The notes: a model not told the origin generated them from the letters alone. Counted from the first letter of the stretch, positions 10,301 to 18,691 are shown. The stretch is DNA of 64,000 nucleotides from Fibrobacteria bacterium (GCA_050486505.1 JBJHDK010000002.1:1292-65291); one strand, 5' to 3'. Made by a program: numbers and translations.

Positions 10301-10668
10301 TGTTCTGGGAAGCCGGGCGGGCATGGAATGGATCGATGTGGGATGCTGAGTTGTTCTCCCCCTCGGCGTGGACGCCGGAGCGTCGGGCTGACGGCTGGTA
10401 CCAAAGCGTGGGCGGAGGCCTCAAGCTGAACGCGCGCATCTACCACAACTATCCTTTTCTCGTGTACTTTCAGGCCGCGCGCGCGCTTTCGGGCCTACCC
10501 GACGGCGAAGGCGGATTCATCGCCTTGGACAACGTGCGCGTCGCCGGTTTCGAAACTCCCGCCAGCCGCATCGAGTTCGGCGTGAGCTTCGGGCTCTACA
10601 GCGGCCTGCTCACCCGCAGAAGCGAGCGCCACCCCCTGAATCCGGAGTCGCCCTTTGCCAGGCGCTAG
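7327..10668 (+). CDS. Secreted multidomain protein: N-terminal HExxH zinc-metallopeptidase-like domain, TolB/PD40-type beta-propeller repeats, C-terminal beta-rich Omp85-like region
   Basis: Signal peptide MTRHALCALAALFLLHGAHA from the internal Met of track ORF 7249..10668; HEFAHL...FAEGVAQYE motifs; repeats of the PDG(E/T)RIAF / SPDGERI(L/A) type; C-terminal alternating hydrophobic strands (GFAFTYY, LKLNARIYHNYPFLVYF, RIEFGVSFGLY). Confidence 0.8.
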   Translation: MTRHALCALAALFLLHGAHAGGFTLNRNAAHIDWRTAETEHFRFHYPRELEDVAGHIAGIAEEVAADKLARYAITLPNKVEFVVRDDIFSNGWANALQNTMTVWATDWDFPVRGTHNWIRDVVTHEFAHLVSIQSGSKLPSFLQGVVAGFEGYYNAPLQPRLATIFPFTHQPAWFAEGVAQYESELSGYDAWDSHRDMLLRISALENRLLPIERMSVFAGNALEYELGPYTQGFALTRFIAERYGDEAVLRLWAENARIHRQTMSGSMQRVLGKSDREVFREWRSEITARYTDQVRDLGELHQGQKLTSKGFYNYYPRWDAKGEGVFFVSNAGRDDFRATLGRVALEDTVKPEEERFEPVPGIRGFFDVAADDSTFLYASARERDRNGVHTLDIYQRNLRRDARFFERQDPTEKRFTRDLNAVHPNYAPDGTRIAFVYAEASNFFLAVAPVPEGDSLDAEDVRTLFPPPELLERRFGFNIYTPKFSPDGERILFSWFDGAERNIGIINADGSGFQGLVTGPEDARDPEWDPDGNSFYYASDKTGIFNLYRFDLTTGDTEPVTNVLGGAFLPSVSPDGERIAYVNYDRDGFSIYVLHDPVRVNVPAASHLEQRHATSAPPALEFAGLGRSYTPVPTRGILTPILFGQQTLAATREKGVIPEQGVTKWLAGASGYLTDPVLKNELSAVLLAEIGNGFAYFGRHSALVSPDKESQLYVDITNNATPVTLQASFFRGNLNTFDTVTVRDQPQPGGGVADEQLRQDYALTFRSVEAAAAYNLFDAQAVGTWDRPSHVRMALGYDWNDFNFYDLGGGQGFAFTYYKSLRLTTSLNLHGSGYSDKGLVAPRGFAAILAHTFRESDLFGCDSDYISDCFDFEGGALRPRYQTYRFHELDAGATYGRAMPWSRNASIVASVFASSLADWSLTRSELAADTLDRFFERGLFLRGYPFLRDIESLAFGGENSITLSLDLNQPLIADIYRNYWTVFVEDLYLHLFWEAGRAWNGSMWDAELFSPSAWTPERRADGWYQSVGGGLKLNARIYHNYPFLVYFQAARALSGLPDGEGGFIALDNVRVAGFETPASRIEFGVSFGLYSGLLTRRSERHPLNPESPFARR

Positions 10669-11596
10669 GCGCAAGCGGGTCGCCCCGGCGTCGCCGCAAC
10701 CCCCGGGTTATGCGTACGTCAACGGTCGCATCACGCGCGCGGACCGCGCCGCCATCTCCGTCTTCGACCGCGGCCTCGTCCTGGGCGACGGGCTCTTCGA
10801 AACACTGCGGGCGCATCACGGAGTTCCGGAGTTCCTCGACCTGCATTACCGGCGCCTCGTGAAATCAGCGCGCCGCTTGCGCATCCGCGTGCCCGTGACG
10901 GAGACGGAGCTGCGCGACATCATCGCGACGCTGTGTCGCAAAAGCCGGATGTACGACGCCGCGGTCCGCATCACCCTGACGCGCGGCCGCTATTTCGGCG
11001 GCCTCGCCATCGACCCCGAGGTTCCCCCATCGCTCATCGTCGTGGTGTTGCCGGTGCAACCGCTTCCCACCGACATCCTCGCACGCGGGGTGAAAGTGGC
11101 GGTGTCCTCGATCAACAAAACAGCCGCATCGGGCCTCGACCCGCGCATCAAGTCGATCAACTATCTGGCCAACATCTTCGCCAAGGCCGAAGGCGACCGC
11201 AAGGGGTGCTACGAGGCGATTCTGCTCGGCCCGCGCGGCGAGATCGCCGAATTGTCCACCTCAAGTTTCTTCTGCGTGCTCAAGGGCGTGGTCGTCACGC
11301 CCCCCATCGACACCGGCATCCTGCCCGGCATCACCCGCCAGGTGCTGCTGCGCGAGATGAAGCGGCACCGTATCCCCTTCCGCGAGGCGGAAGTGTTTCC
11401 CAAGGACGTGGAGAAGATGTCGGAAGCGTTCCTGTGTTCCTCGGTGCGCGGCCCGGTGCCGATCGCGCGCATCGACGGAAAGAAGGTGGGAACGGGCAAG
11501 CCGGGCTCGATTTTCGCGCGACTCAGGGATCTGTATCAGGATGCGTGCGAGAGGGAGTTGCGAGTCGCGAGTTACGAGTTACGAGTTACGAAGTAA
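10655..11596 (+). CDS. Class IV (fold-type IV) aminotransferase: aminodeoxychorismate lyase / branched-chain or D-amino-acid aminotransferase family
   Basis: Family-typical N-terminus YAYVNGRI...; length about 300 aa; the last ~13 codons (ELRVASYELRVTK) and the stop lie inside the heptamer repeat arm. Confidence 0.8.
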   Translation: MPGARRKRVAPASPQPPGYAYVNGRITRADRAAISVFDRGLVLGDGLFETLRAHHGVPEFLDLHYRRLVKSARRLRIRVPVTETELRDIIATLCRKSRMYDAAVRITLTRGRYFGGLAIDPEVPPSLIVVVLPVQPLPTDILARGVKVAVSSINKTAASGLDPRIKSINYLANIFAKAEGDRKGCYEAILLGPRGEIAELSTSSFFCVLKGVVVTPPIDTGILPGITRQVLLREMKRHRIPFREAEVFPKDVEKMSEAFLCSSVRGPVPIARIDGKKVGTGKPGSIFARLRDLYQDACERELRVASYELRVTK

Positions 11597-11770
11597 AAGG
11601 CGATGCATCGGGATCGCTTGCTCCATGCCTGAAGGCATCACGCCCTTCCTGCTCCTCTGCTTGAATGCTGCATCTTTTCGTCATTCATGAAATTCTGCAC
11701 GCCACCCACAAGATCCCTGTAGAGCGGTTTCATTCGTAACTCGTAATTCGTAACTCGTAATTCTCAACTC
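11555..11770. repeat. Heptamer-repeat inverted-repeat element, copy A: 5 GAGTYRC units (11555-11589), 146-bp unique core, 5 GTAAYTC units (11736-11770)
   Basis: Left arm GAGTTGC GAGTCGC GAGTTAC GAGTTAC GAGTTAC; right arm GTAACTC GTAATTC GTAACTC GTAATTC TCAACTC is its inverted complement; sits between convergent genes and supplies both their stops. Confidence 0.8.
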
Positions 11771-12513
11771 CTTTTCGCTTCCACCACCCAGTCCCACGGC
11801 CACGGCTCCTTCATCCAGCGCGGCGGGTCGGGAAACTCCGTGTCCCAGCCGTACTCCACCTTCTCCACGGAATCGACCGTGAAGCCGGAGGAGCCGAGCA
11901 AGACGCGTAGTTCCTCCCGCAGATAGTGCTTCGTGCGCACGCCGTCGATCGCGAGGATTCCGCCCAGCGCATCGCGGCCCCCGGATCCGGACAACGTTGT
12001 CGGCAAGGGGATGCCGCGCTTCGCCCGGGAACGGCGCATCCACTCCGTGCGACGCGCGTGCGCGAACAGCGAGGATTCAAGTGAGGGGACGAGCATCAAT
12101 AATGTGCCGCCCTTGCGCGTCGCGCGTGCGAGGCGCCGCAGGACGCGCTCCCGTGTCGCGGCTGAAGGCATGATGAGCACGTTCGCGCAAAGGGTAAAGT
12201 CCGCCTCGCCGACTCCGGCATCCGGGTCGGACAAGTCCTCGCGCAGAAAGGAAACGTTCTTCAGGTCCGCATGAAGCGCGCGCGCTCGGCGCACGCATTC
12301 TCCGGACAGGTCGGACGCCCACACCGTGCCGAAGCCGCTGGACAGCAGCGGGAGGTATTTCCCCACCCCGCAGCCGAAATCGAACGCAGTCGCCCGTCGA
12401 TTCGCGTGCCGCCGGATGCGCTTCAGCAGGACGCCGTTCCGGTCTCCCGCCAGAGAGTCGAAAATCTCCCCGTCATAATCCCTCGCCACGGTCTCCCAAT
12501 ACTTCCGGTCCAT
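11764..12513 (-). CDS. Class I SAM-dependent methyltransferase
   Basis: FDFGCGVGKY glycine-rich SAM motif; 249 aa; stop TGA lies within the repeat arm. Confidence 0.8.
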   Translation of the reverse strand: MDRKYWETVARDYDGEIFDSLAGDRNGVLLKRIRRHANRRATAFDFGCGVGKYLPLLSSGFGTVWASDLSGECVRRARALHADLKNVSFLREDLSDPDAGVGEADFTLCANVLIMPSAATRERVLRRLARATRKGGTLLMLVPSLESSLFAHARRTEWMRRSRAKRGIPLPTTLSGSGGRDALGGILAIDGVRTKHYLREELRVLLGSSGFTVDSVEKVEYGWDTEFPDPPRWMKEPWPWDWVVEAKRS

Positions 12514-12531
12514 CTCCCCGCCTTTCTCCCC

Positions 12532-13143
12532 TCACGCCCTCCCCAACCACGTATCCAGCCCCTGCAGAATCATCTCGATGGCGAAGGTCCCGATCACGAT
12601 CGCCATCACGCGGCCGGTAATGTCCCAGTAGCGGCTGACAAGCGCCTCGTTGCGCGAGTTCACATGGTCGTGGATGGCTTTCAGCACAAACAAGGCCACG
12701 GTGGTCGCCAGCAATGCGGAAACGATCGCCAGCAACGCGAACCCCGGCGACAGACGGCCCCCGGCCATGATGCTTGCGCTCACGGTCGCCGGCCCGATCA
12801 TGAAGGGCATGGCCACGGCCCCTCCGAAGTGGCGGGGGTCTCCCCGAAACACGCTCACCGAGTCCGCCCCCCCTTGAATGAACCGAAGGCCGACCATCAC
12901 GAAGATGATGCCTCCGAAGATCTGGAAGGCGGCGTAGCGCGCCTGCAGCACATCGGTGAACACGACGTCTCCGACGAGCGCGAAAACGAAGAACACCGTC
13001 ACGCTAATGAACGCGCCGCGCGCGACCACGAGACCGAACGTCCTGGAGTCGAGCGTCCGGATCAGGGGAGCGAGGTACACGCTCATCAGGAACGGGTTCA
13101 AAAGAACGAAAAGCAGCAGCGTGGAACTGGTGAAGTCGGACAT
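12532..13143 (-). CDS. MarC family (UPF0056) integral membrane protein
   Basis: About 200 aa, six TM helices, conserved LLNPF-type N-terminus; start taken at the internal Met MSDFTSS. Confidence 0.75.
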   Translation of the reverse strand: MSDFTSSTLLLFVLLNPFLMSVYLAPLIRTLDSRTFGLVVARGAFISVTVFFVFALVGDVVFTDVLQARYAAFQIFGGIIFVMVGLRFIQGGADSVSVFRGDPRHFGGAVAMPFMIGPATVSASIMAGGRLSPGFALLAIVSALLATTVALFVLKAIHDHVNSRNEALVSRYWDITGRVMAIVIGTFAIEMILQGLDTWLGRA

Positions 13144-13222
13144 GAAGGTCTCCCGCGAGTTCATATAGAACGTCTCCGCGCCAGATGCAAAACCCGTGCG
13201 CGCAAGGACTTAATTTTGCCGC

Positions 13223-13645
13223 ATGCGCTGGCATTCCACAGAACTGCGCGTGCGCGCACCGCGCCGCGGCCTGCACGACGTCACCGGTGAGGTCGCTGAG
13301 GCGGTCCGAGGCTTCGGCATGCGCGAAGGCATCCTCTTTCTGTTTCTCCGCCACACCAGCGCGTCCCTGTGCATCAGCGAAAACTGGGATCCCACGGCGC
13401 GTCGCGACCTGGAGGTCTTCCTCGATCGCATCGCGCCGGACGGAGAGCCCTGGCACGCGCATACACTGGAGGGCGAGGACGACTCCCCCTCCCATATGCG
13501 CTCCATTCTCACCGGCGTGGACCTCACAATTCCCGTGGCGGAAGGGAAGATGCAGCTGGGGACCTGGCAGGGCATCTACCTCTGCGAGCACCGCAAGCAT
13601 CCCGAGACCCGCACTTTGCTCTTGAGGGGTTTGAGAGCGGATTGA
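13223..13645 (+). CDS. YjbQ/UPF0047 family protein (secondary thiamine-phosphate synthase-like)
   Basis: 140 aa with the LVTGEV..., HTSASL and HLxxIL signature blocks of UPF0047. Confidence 0.8.
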   Translation: MRWHSTELRVRAPRRGLHDVTGEVAEAVRGFGMREGILFLFLRHTSASLCISENWDPTARRDLEVFLDRIAPDGEPWHAHTLEGEDDSPSHMRSILTGVDLTIPVAEGKMQLGTWQGIYLCEHRKHPETRTLLLRGLRAD

Positions 13646-13714
13646 CGGCCGGCGCATGTTCGGGGTGTTGTGATTAAATAAACTTCCCGAACCGATCCGG
13701 CACACGGAGGCTCC

Positions 13715-14287
13715 ATGACGCTCACGCACGATCCCGCCCTGCATTTCGCAAGACTGCTCGCTTCCCGCCCCGAGATTCGGCGCGCGGGCGTGCCACGCAC
13801 CCTGAAAAAAGGCGGCCAGGTCTTCCGTGATGACGATGCCGACCGCATCTTCGTCCTGGAACACGGTCTCATCAAGCTCTGCTTCATCCCCCCCGACGGC
13901 AAGGAATGGATCCGCTCCTTCGTCGCGGCGCCGGGCGCCTTCGGCATGCGTTACCTGCAAACGCGGGACGAAACCGAGAGGGGAGATTTTCTCGCGATCT
14001 GCCTCGAGAACTGCACCCTCGTCGCCTACCCGTACGACTTGCTCAACCGACTCGGCGGCGAAGACCCGGAGGTCGCGCGCGCGGGCCTCGACCTCATCCA
14101 CCACTACACCATGCAGCGGGAGCGGCGCTGGCGCAACATGCTTTCCCTGTCCACCGAAAAGGCCTACAGGGCGTTTCTCGAAGAGCACCCCGACATCGCC
14201 ACGCGCATCACCCAGGCCGACACCGCGCGCTACCTGGGCATCACGCCGGTGGCGCTCAGCCGCATCCGCGGGCACATGGATCATTGA
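13715..14287 (+). CDS. Crp/Fnr family transcriptional regulator
   Basis: cNMP-binding-like N-domain plus C-terminal HTH (TRITQADTARYLGITPVALSR); RBS GGAGG upstream. Confidence 0.8.
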   Translation: MTLTHDPALHFARLLASRPEIRRAGVPRTLKKGGQVFRDDDADRIFVLEHGLIKLCFIPPDGKEWIRSFVAAPGAFGMRYLQTRDETERGDFLAICLENCTLVAYPYDLLNRLGGEDPEVARAGLDLIHHYTMQRERRWRNMLSLSTEKAYRAFLEEHPDIATRITQADTARYLGITPVALSRIRGHMDH

Positions 14288-14398
14288 GCCGGAAAGCATG
14301 GGGAACCCTGCCGGTTCCCCCTCCGTCGGGGTTTTCTTCACGGGGAACCCCCGAATCCCCCTGAAATTCTACCTTTGCCCGCTCTTCGGGCACCAGTA

Positions 14399-14475
14399 GC
14401 TCAGCTGGATAGAGCGTCGCCCTCCGAAGGCGAAGGTCACAGGTTCGACTCCTGTCTGGTGTACCACCTCACCCA
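14399..14475 (+). tRNA. tRNA-Arg (anticodon CCG)
   Basis: Folds by hand into a cloverleaf: acceptor GCACCAG/CTGGTGT, D-arm GCTC-AGCTGGATA-GAGC, anticodon loop CTCCGAA, T-arm ACAGG-TTCGACT-CCTGT, 3' ACCA. Confidence 0.85.
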
Positions 14476-14484
14476 TCCGCATCC

Positions 14485-14796
14485 TCATCGCGCCTCCCGC
14501 CGCCAGGCCAGGATCCACCCCGCATCGCGGTGGCGCACGATCGCGCGACCTGCAGCGATAGCCCGGCGCACTTCCGTGTCGCGGCGCTTCAGCCAGAGCT
14601 CCAGCCGGAGCGCCTCCGGCTTTCCCGACACCTTTCGCCTCCACACGCACTCCGCCGGACGGCGGGACGGCACCATGTACCGGGCGCCCTTTCCGGAGTT
14701 GTGCATCGCCAGACGGCGCTCCAGATCGTTCGTTACCCCGCAATAAAGGGAGCCGTCGCGGCAGCGCAGGAGGTAGACGATCCAGGGGGATTTCAT
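14485..14796 (-). CDS. GIY-YIG nuclease family protein (UPF0213-like)
   Basis: WIVYLLRCRDGSLYCGVTNDLERRLAMHNSGKGARY is a canonical GIY-YIG block; start taken at the internal Met of track ORF 14485..14874; lies immediately 3' of the tRNA-Arg. Confidence 0.75.
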   Translation of the reverse strand: MKSPWIVYLLRCRDGSLYCGVTNDLERRLAMHNSGKGARYMVPSRRPAECVWRRKVSGKPEALRLELWLKRRDTEVRRAIAAGRAIVRHRDAGWILAWRREAR

Positions 14797-15134
14797 GGGG
14801 TTCCGCCTCGAAACCCCTCTGCGGAGGGGCTGGAAGAATGAAAAACCCGGTTTCCGCTTTTTCCGAAATCGCACCGAAACGGTGTTCCGGTCCCGGGTTC
14901 AAATCGCCTTAACGCATTGAAAGAACAAATACTTATAAAACAAGCGGCCGGTTTCGGGATGCGCAAAACCCGGGCAGGGAGGGCACTTCCGGGCGCACCC
15001 CCGATTTTTCCTTGTGTTTTTTTTTCATTTAACACCTATCTTTTTCGTTGAGTCCTTTTGAAGTTCATGTGCCCTGTGTCCAGAGCCGCTCCATTTGGAT
15101 TTCACAATCCAACCCCCCCTCAAGGAAATAGTGT

Positions 15135-15434
15135 ATGAATCTGTTCGTCGGTAACCTCGCATGGGCCACGACCCAAGCGGATCTGGAAGCGGCTTTCGGC
15201 GCCTACGGTGAAGTGTCCTCTGCAAAGATCATGACGGATCGCGAAACGGGAAAGTCCCGCGGCTTCGCCTTCGTCGACATGCCCAATGACTCCGAGGCCC
15301 GCAAGGCCATCGAAGAGCTGAATGGCAAGGACCTCAAGGGTCGCGCCATCAACGTGAACGAAGCGCGTCCCCGCGAAGAGCGTCCGCGCTCCGGCGGCTT
15401 CGGCGGTGGCGACCGCGGCCCCCGTCGCTGGTAA
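15135..15434 (+). CDS. RNA-binding protein (RRM/RNP-1 domain, Gly/Arg-rich tail)
   Basis: RNP-2 LFVGNL and RNP-1 RGFAFV motifs; long AT-richer 5' leader. Confidence 0.9.
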   Translation: MNLFVGNLAWATTQADLEAAFGAYGEVSSAKIMTDRETGKSRGFAFVDMPNDSEARKAIEELNGKDLKGRAINVNEARPREERPRSGGFGGGDRGPRRW

Positions 15435-15449
15435 GCTTCGGAAGTCATC

Positions 15450-15488
15450 AAAAAAGAACCCGCCCAGAAGGGCGGGTTCTTTTTTTTG
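15450..15488 (+). terminator. Rho-independent terminator
   Basis: AAAAAAGAACCCGCCC agaa GGGCGGGTTCTTTTTTTT: GC stem plus U-tract. Confidence 0.85.
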
Positions 15489-15511
15489 TCCGTGCGCGGC
15501 GCGGAGGCGAA

Positions 15512-16648
15512 TCAGCGCACGGCGTACTTGGCCAGCGCTTCGGAAGCCGGAGAGGCCACCGGTTTGACGAGATACCGGATATCGGGCCACGTTCCGGTGA
15601 GAATCACGGCATATCCTTGGTCGACACCCGTGGCGACGTATGACGACATGTCGCCGCCGAAGGATTCTTCGGTGGCGAGGTCGCCCGTGTGCGTGCGTGT
15701 CGCCAAGTCGATCTTCTCCACGCCGCCTTCCAAGTCGCCGTAGCCGGCGACGCCGGCGATGTACCAGACACCATCATGAACGGACGCGGCAATCGGATTA
15801 CGAAAGTTCAGGGGAATGGTGTCGGTGATCGTGCGCGTGGCGGCGTCGATCACGAGCACCAGCGACGTGTCATTCGCTTGCCACTGGTGATCGAGGCGTT
15901 GCAGGGCGACGAAAACATTGCCGCCGTGCGCCGCGACAAGGGACATGCGCGGGACATTCGTCGAGGAGTCGCGTGAATACGCCGACAGGTCGATCGAATC
16001 CCGGGCACCGCCGTCGATGGCATCGGGATCAACGATCAGGAGGTGGGTGGAATTATAGCGCGGAATCCACGCCTTGCCGCCGGCGATGGCCACACCGTAG
16101 GGATTGGAGTTCGGCCCTGCCTGAACGTCCAGGGTGATGTTGCGGCCGGGACGATTTCCCTCGAATCCCGTCACGACGCCGATCGAGCGGTCGAGCAGAT
16201 AAACCCTGCCGTCCGCGGCGGCGACCGAGGGATCGGATCCGATCGACCCCACGCTCTGGCGGATGCGCCCCGCCACGGGATCGATGACGCTCACCCCGCC
16301 TTCCACGTAATCGGTTTCCGTGACGACGACGTGGCCATCCGCGGTGAACGCAAGCGAGGTAGGAGGCAGAAGCTGCGGATAGTAAGCCGTAATGATCCCG
16401 GTGGAAACATCCACAGCGGCCACACCGGGCTCCGACGCGTGGCGGTTCCCTGCATAGAGAATACCGTCGCGGTATGCGAGTCCGGAGACATCGGTCAGGC
16501 TGTCCACCGACTTTCCGACCCAGGCGGAATTCGTGCCCGAGACACCGGAATTCCCGGAAGGGCCGGAATCGAAAAGGTTGCAGGCGGAGAGCAACAGGGC
16601 GGTCGCCCCGAGAAGCCCGATGCGTGGAAGGGAGTGATGTGTTTTCAT
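15512..16648 (-). CDS. Beta-propeller surface lipoprotein, BtuG-like (cobalamin-binding partner of BtuB in Bacteroidota)
   Basis: Lipobox LLLSAC; repeated propeller-blade pattern; immediately downstream of the B12-riboswitch-controlled TonB receptor. Confidence 0.6.
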   Translation of the reverse strand: MKTHHSLPRIGLLGATALLLSACNLFDSGPSGNSGVSGTNSAWVGKSVDSLTDVSGLAYRDGILYAGNRHASEPGVAAVDVSTGIITAYYPQLLPPTSLAFTADGHVVVTETDYVEGGVSVIDPVAGRIRQSVGSIGSDPSVAAADGRVYLLDRSIGVVTGFEGNRPGRNITLDVQAGPNSNPYGVAIAGGKAWIPRYNSTHLLIVDPDAIDGGARDSIDLSAYSRDSSTNVPRMSLVAAHGGNVFVALQRLDHQWQANDTSLVLVIDAATRTITDTIPLNFRNPIAASVHDGVWYIAGVAGYGDLEGGVEKIDLATRTHTGDLATEESFGGDMSSYVATGVDQGYAVILTGTWPDIRYLVKPVASPASEALAKYAVR

Positions 16649-16657
16649 GTAGTTCCT

Positions 16658-18628
16658 TTACAGGTTGAGGGAAAGACCGAGCGACCAGGTCCGACCGCTT
16701 CGGGGACTGTAGACGAAGTCCCGATACTGTCGGTCGGTGAGATTTCGGACATCGAGGGAGAGTCTGATCGGGCCGCGATGCAAGGCACCGTGGGCACCCC
16801 ACTCCACCTCGGCATCCCGGCGCGATACGGGAAGGTTGGCTTCGCCCGGATACCATGGGCTCCGGAAACCGAGCGTCGGTCCCAGGCGCGCGCCCTCGAA
16901 CGGCTTGGCGAAGAATCCCGCGTGCGCCTCGACGGGACTGTGGTGCGCGGGGCGGTTTCCCGCGTGCAGTCCCTCGGTGATCTCCGCGCGCGACAGGGCG
17001 GCCGATGCCGCGGCTTCGAAACGGCGCGAATCCCATCCCCCTGAAAGTTCAAGACCGCGCACTTGGTAATCCGCACGGTTCTCGTACAGCAGAAAGGGAG
17101 AAGCGCCGCGCGCGCCAAGGCGGATCGGGTCGGTGTGAAGATTCCAGTATGCCTCCCAACGCGCGCTCCATGCCCCATGACCGAGGCCGTGCAGGATCGA
17201 AACCCCCGACGTTTCCTCCGGGCGCAGCGCTGTGTTCGCCTGCACGCCGTGGTTGTCGCCCAGCAATTCGCCGGAAGAAGGCGCGCGCTGCTCATGCTTG
17301 GCCACGGCCGCGAAGATCCCCACGGTCGTTTGCCATTGCAGTGCGGCACGCAATGTGGATGGCATGCGCGCCACCGAGACCCGATCTCCCTCGGGTGCGT
17401 CGGGATAGGCGCGCACCGCATCGGCATCGAAACGCACCGCCGCCGCCCGCGCCTCCAGCGTTGCGTTCAGGAACGGCGTGATGCCGTGATCCATGCGCCA
17501 CCCGAGCAGTGCCTCCAGCCTGCGCCCCGCGGGCGCGGACATGTTTTGCGAAAACGGCGTTTCGCGCGGATCGACGGTTTCGGCACGCAAATGAGCGTCC
17601 GTCGCGAAGGCCAGTGTCCCGGTCAGCGGAAGCCGCGCGCGCGCGTCCACCCCGGCGGATGTCGAGACCCGTTCCAACGCGTGCGAGAGATGGCCCAGCG
17701 TGCGACCGGGATCGCGATACGCGTCGGTGGCGCGATGCGCCTGCACGCCCGCCTCCCAGGACATGATCTCACCGTGATGCCGCGCGCGCCAGGCCCCCAT
17801 CCATGCCTCGCGCACCGTGTAGGCGCTTGATCCGGTGCCGAGCAACCCGGGATATTCCTTGCGCGATTCCAGCCAAAGCAGGGAGACGTCCTGGCCAAAA
17901 AACCCGTTTCCGGCGCGGGCCGAGGCACGGACCCCCCGGCTCCAGTACCCGTTGTTCCGCATGCGCGTGACACCGTCGTCGTCCGGATTGTGGATCGTGC
18001 CGTTGTCGTTGAACCATGGGTAATCGTTGCGGGCATGCTGGCCCTGCACACCGATCGACCATTGCGTCACCCCGTTTCCGCGAACGGTCACGGCGGACTC
18101 CGCGGTTCCATGCGAGCCACCCCGGGCGTGCGCTTCGGTTCGGTCGGCACCGTGGGAGGACAAATCGATGCGGGCCAGCATGCCGGAACCGACGACGTCG
18201 GGATCGACCCCGGTGCGCGCCTCCAGCGACGTGAACCAAAGCAACGGCCACTTGGAAAGATCGGGCGCGGGGTCGCCATCCTGGTTGAGGCGCATTCCGT
18301 CGACGTAGATCTCGATGGATGAGGCGCGCGCGCCGCGAAAACTCAATTCGGAGTAGCCGCCCAGCCCGCCCTGCCGGCGCACGCGAAAACCCGGCAACGA
18401 AGCGATCGCATCCTCAAGGGTCGCGAAACGGCGCAGGGCCTCGCCCTCGATGCGATGCGTGTCGGGTGAGGAGGACTCACTGCTGCGGCCGTACGCCTCC
18501 GTTCCCGGCAACTCGAGCGCTTCGGGCGTGACGCCATCGTCCGCGGCGACGGAAACCGCAAGGACAAACGGCACGGCGCGGGCGAAGGTCCGCGCAAAGA
18601 TCCGCTTTCCCGTAGGGACGTGCGGCAT
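16658..18628 (-). CDS. btuB: TonB-dependent outer-membrane receptor, BtuB-like (cobalamin)
   Basis: Plug and barrel motifs; C-terminal ...SLGLSLNL; start at internal Met MPHV (RBS AAGGAAGG upstream) rather than the track start 18709, which falls inside a palindrome; cobalamin riboswitch upstream. Confidence 0.8.
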   Translation of the reverse strand: MPHVPTGKRIFARTFARAVPFVLAVSVAADDGVTPEALELPGTEAYGRSSESSSPDTHRIEGEALRRFATLEDAIASLPGFRVRRQGGLGGYSELSFRGARASSIEIYVDGMRLNQDGDPAPDLSKWPLLWFTSLEARTGVDPDVVGSGMLARIDLSSHGADRTEAHARGGSHGTAESAVTVRGNGVTQWSIGVQGQHARNDYPWFNDNGTIHNPDDDGVTRMRNNGYWSRGVRASARAGNGFFGQDVSLLWLESRKEYPGLLGTGSSAYTVREAWMGAWRARHHGEIMSWEAGVQAHRATDAYRDPGRTLGHLSHALERVSTSAGVDARARLPLTGTLAFATDAHLRAETVDPRETPFSQNMSAPAGRRLEALLGWRMDHGITPFLNATLEARAAAVRFDADAVRAYPDAPEGDRVSVARMPSTLRAALQWQTTVGIFAAVAKHEQRAPSSGELLGDNHGVQANTALRPEETSGVSILHGLGHGAWSARWEAYWNLHTDPIRLGARGASPFLLYENRADYQVRGLELSGGWDSRRFEAAASAALSRAEITEGLHAGNRPAHHSPVEAHAGFFAKPFEGARLGPTLGFRSPWYPGEANLPVSRRDAEVEWGAHGALHRGPIRLSLDVRNLTDRQYRDFVYSPRSGRTWSLGLSLNL

Positions 18629-18691
18629 GATTCCTTCCTTCCGCGGGGCTGGGCCGCGGAACGATTGTCTGCGTCTGTCGAGGGGGCGGGC

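Noticed and set aside
7327-10668. Calling the large protein 'TolB'
   Set aside because: It has TolB-like propeller blades, but its HExxH N-domain, 1113-aa size and C-terminal barrel-like region are incompatible with canonical TolB; no pal/tolQRA neighbours.
11555-11770. 'SYELRVT'-type peptide repeats appearing in several track ORFs (11681..12043, 28581..28832, 28646..28918)
   Set aside because: These are frame translations of the nucleotide heptamer arrays (7 nt x 3 = 21 nt period), not a repeat-protein family; the ORFs containing them overlap real genes or span intergenic cores.
11555-11770. CRISPR array interpretation of the tandem repeats
   Set aside because: Units are 7 nt and directly abutting with no spacers; no cas genes; the arms are inverted complements flanking a single core.
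13004-14341. 445-aa minus-strand ORF
   Set aside because: Overlaps YjbQ and Crp/Fnr genes on the + strand, both of which have clear family signatures; antisense artefact.
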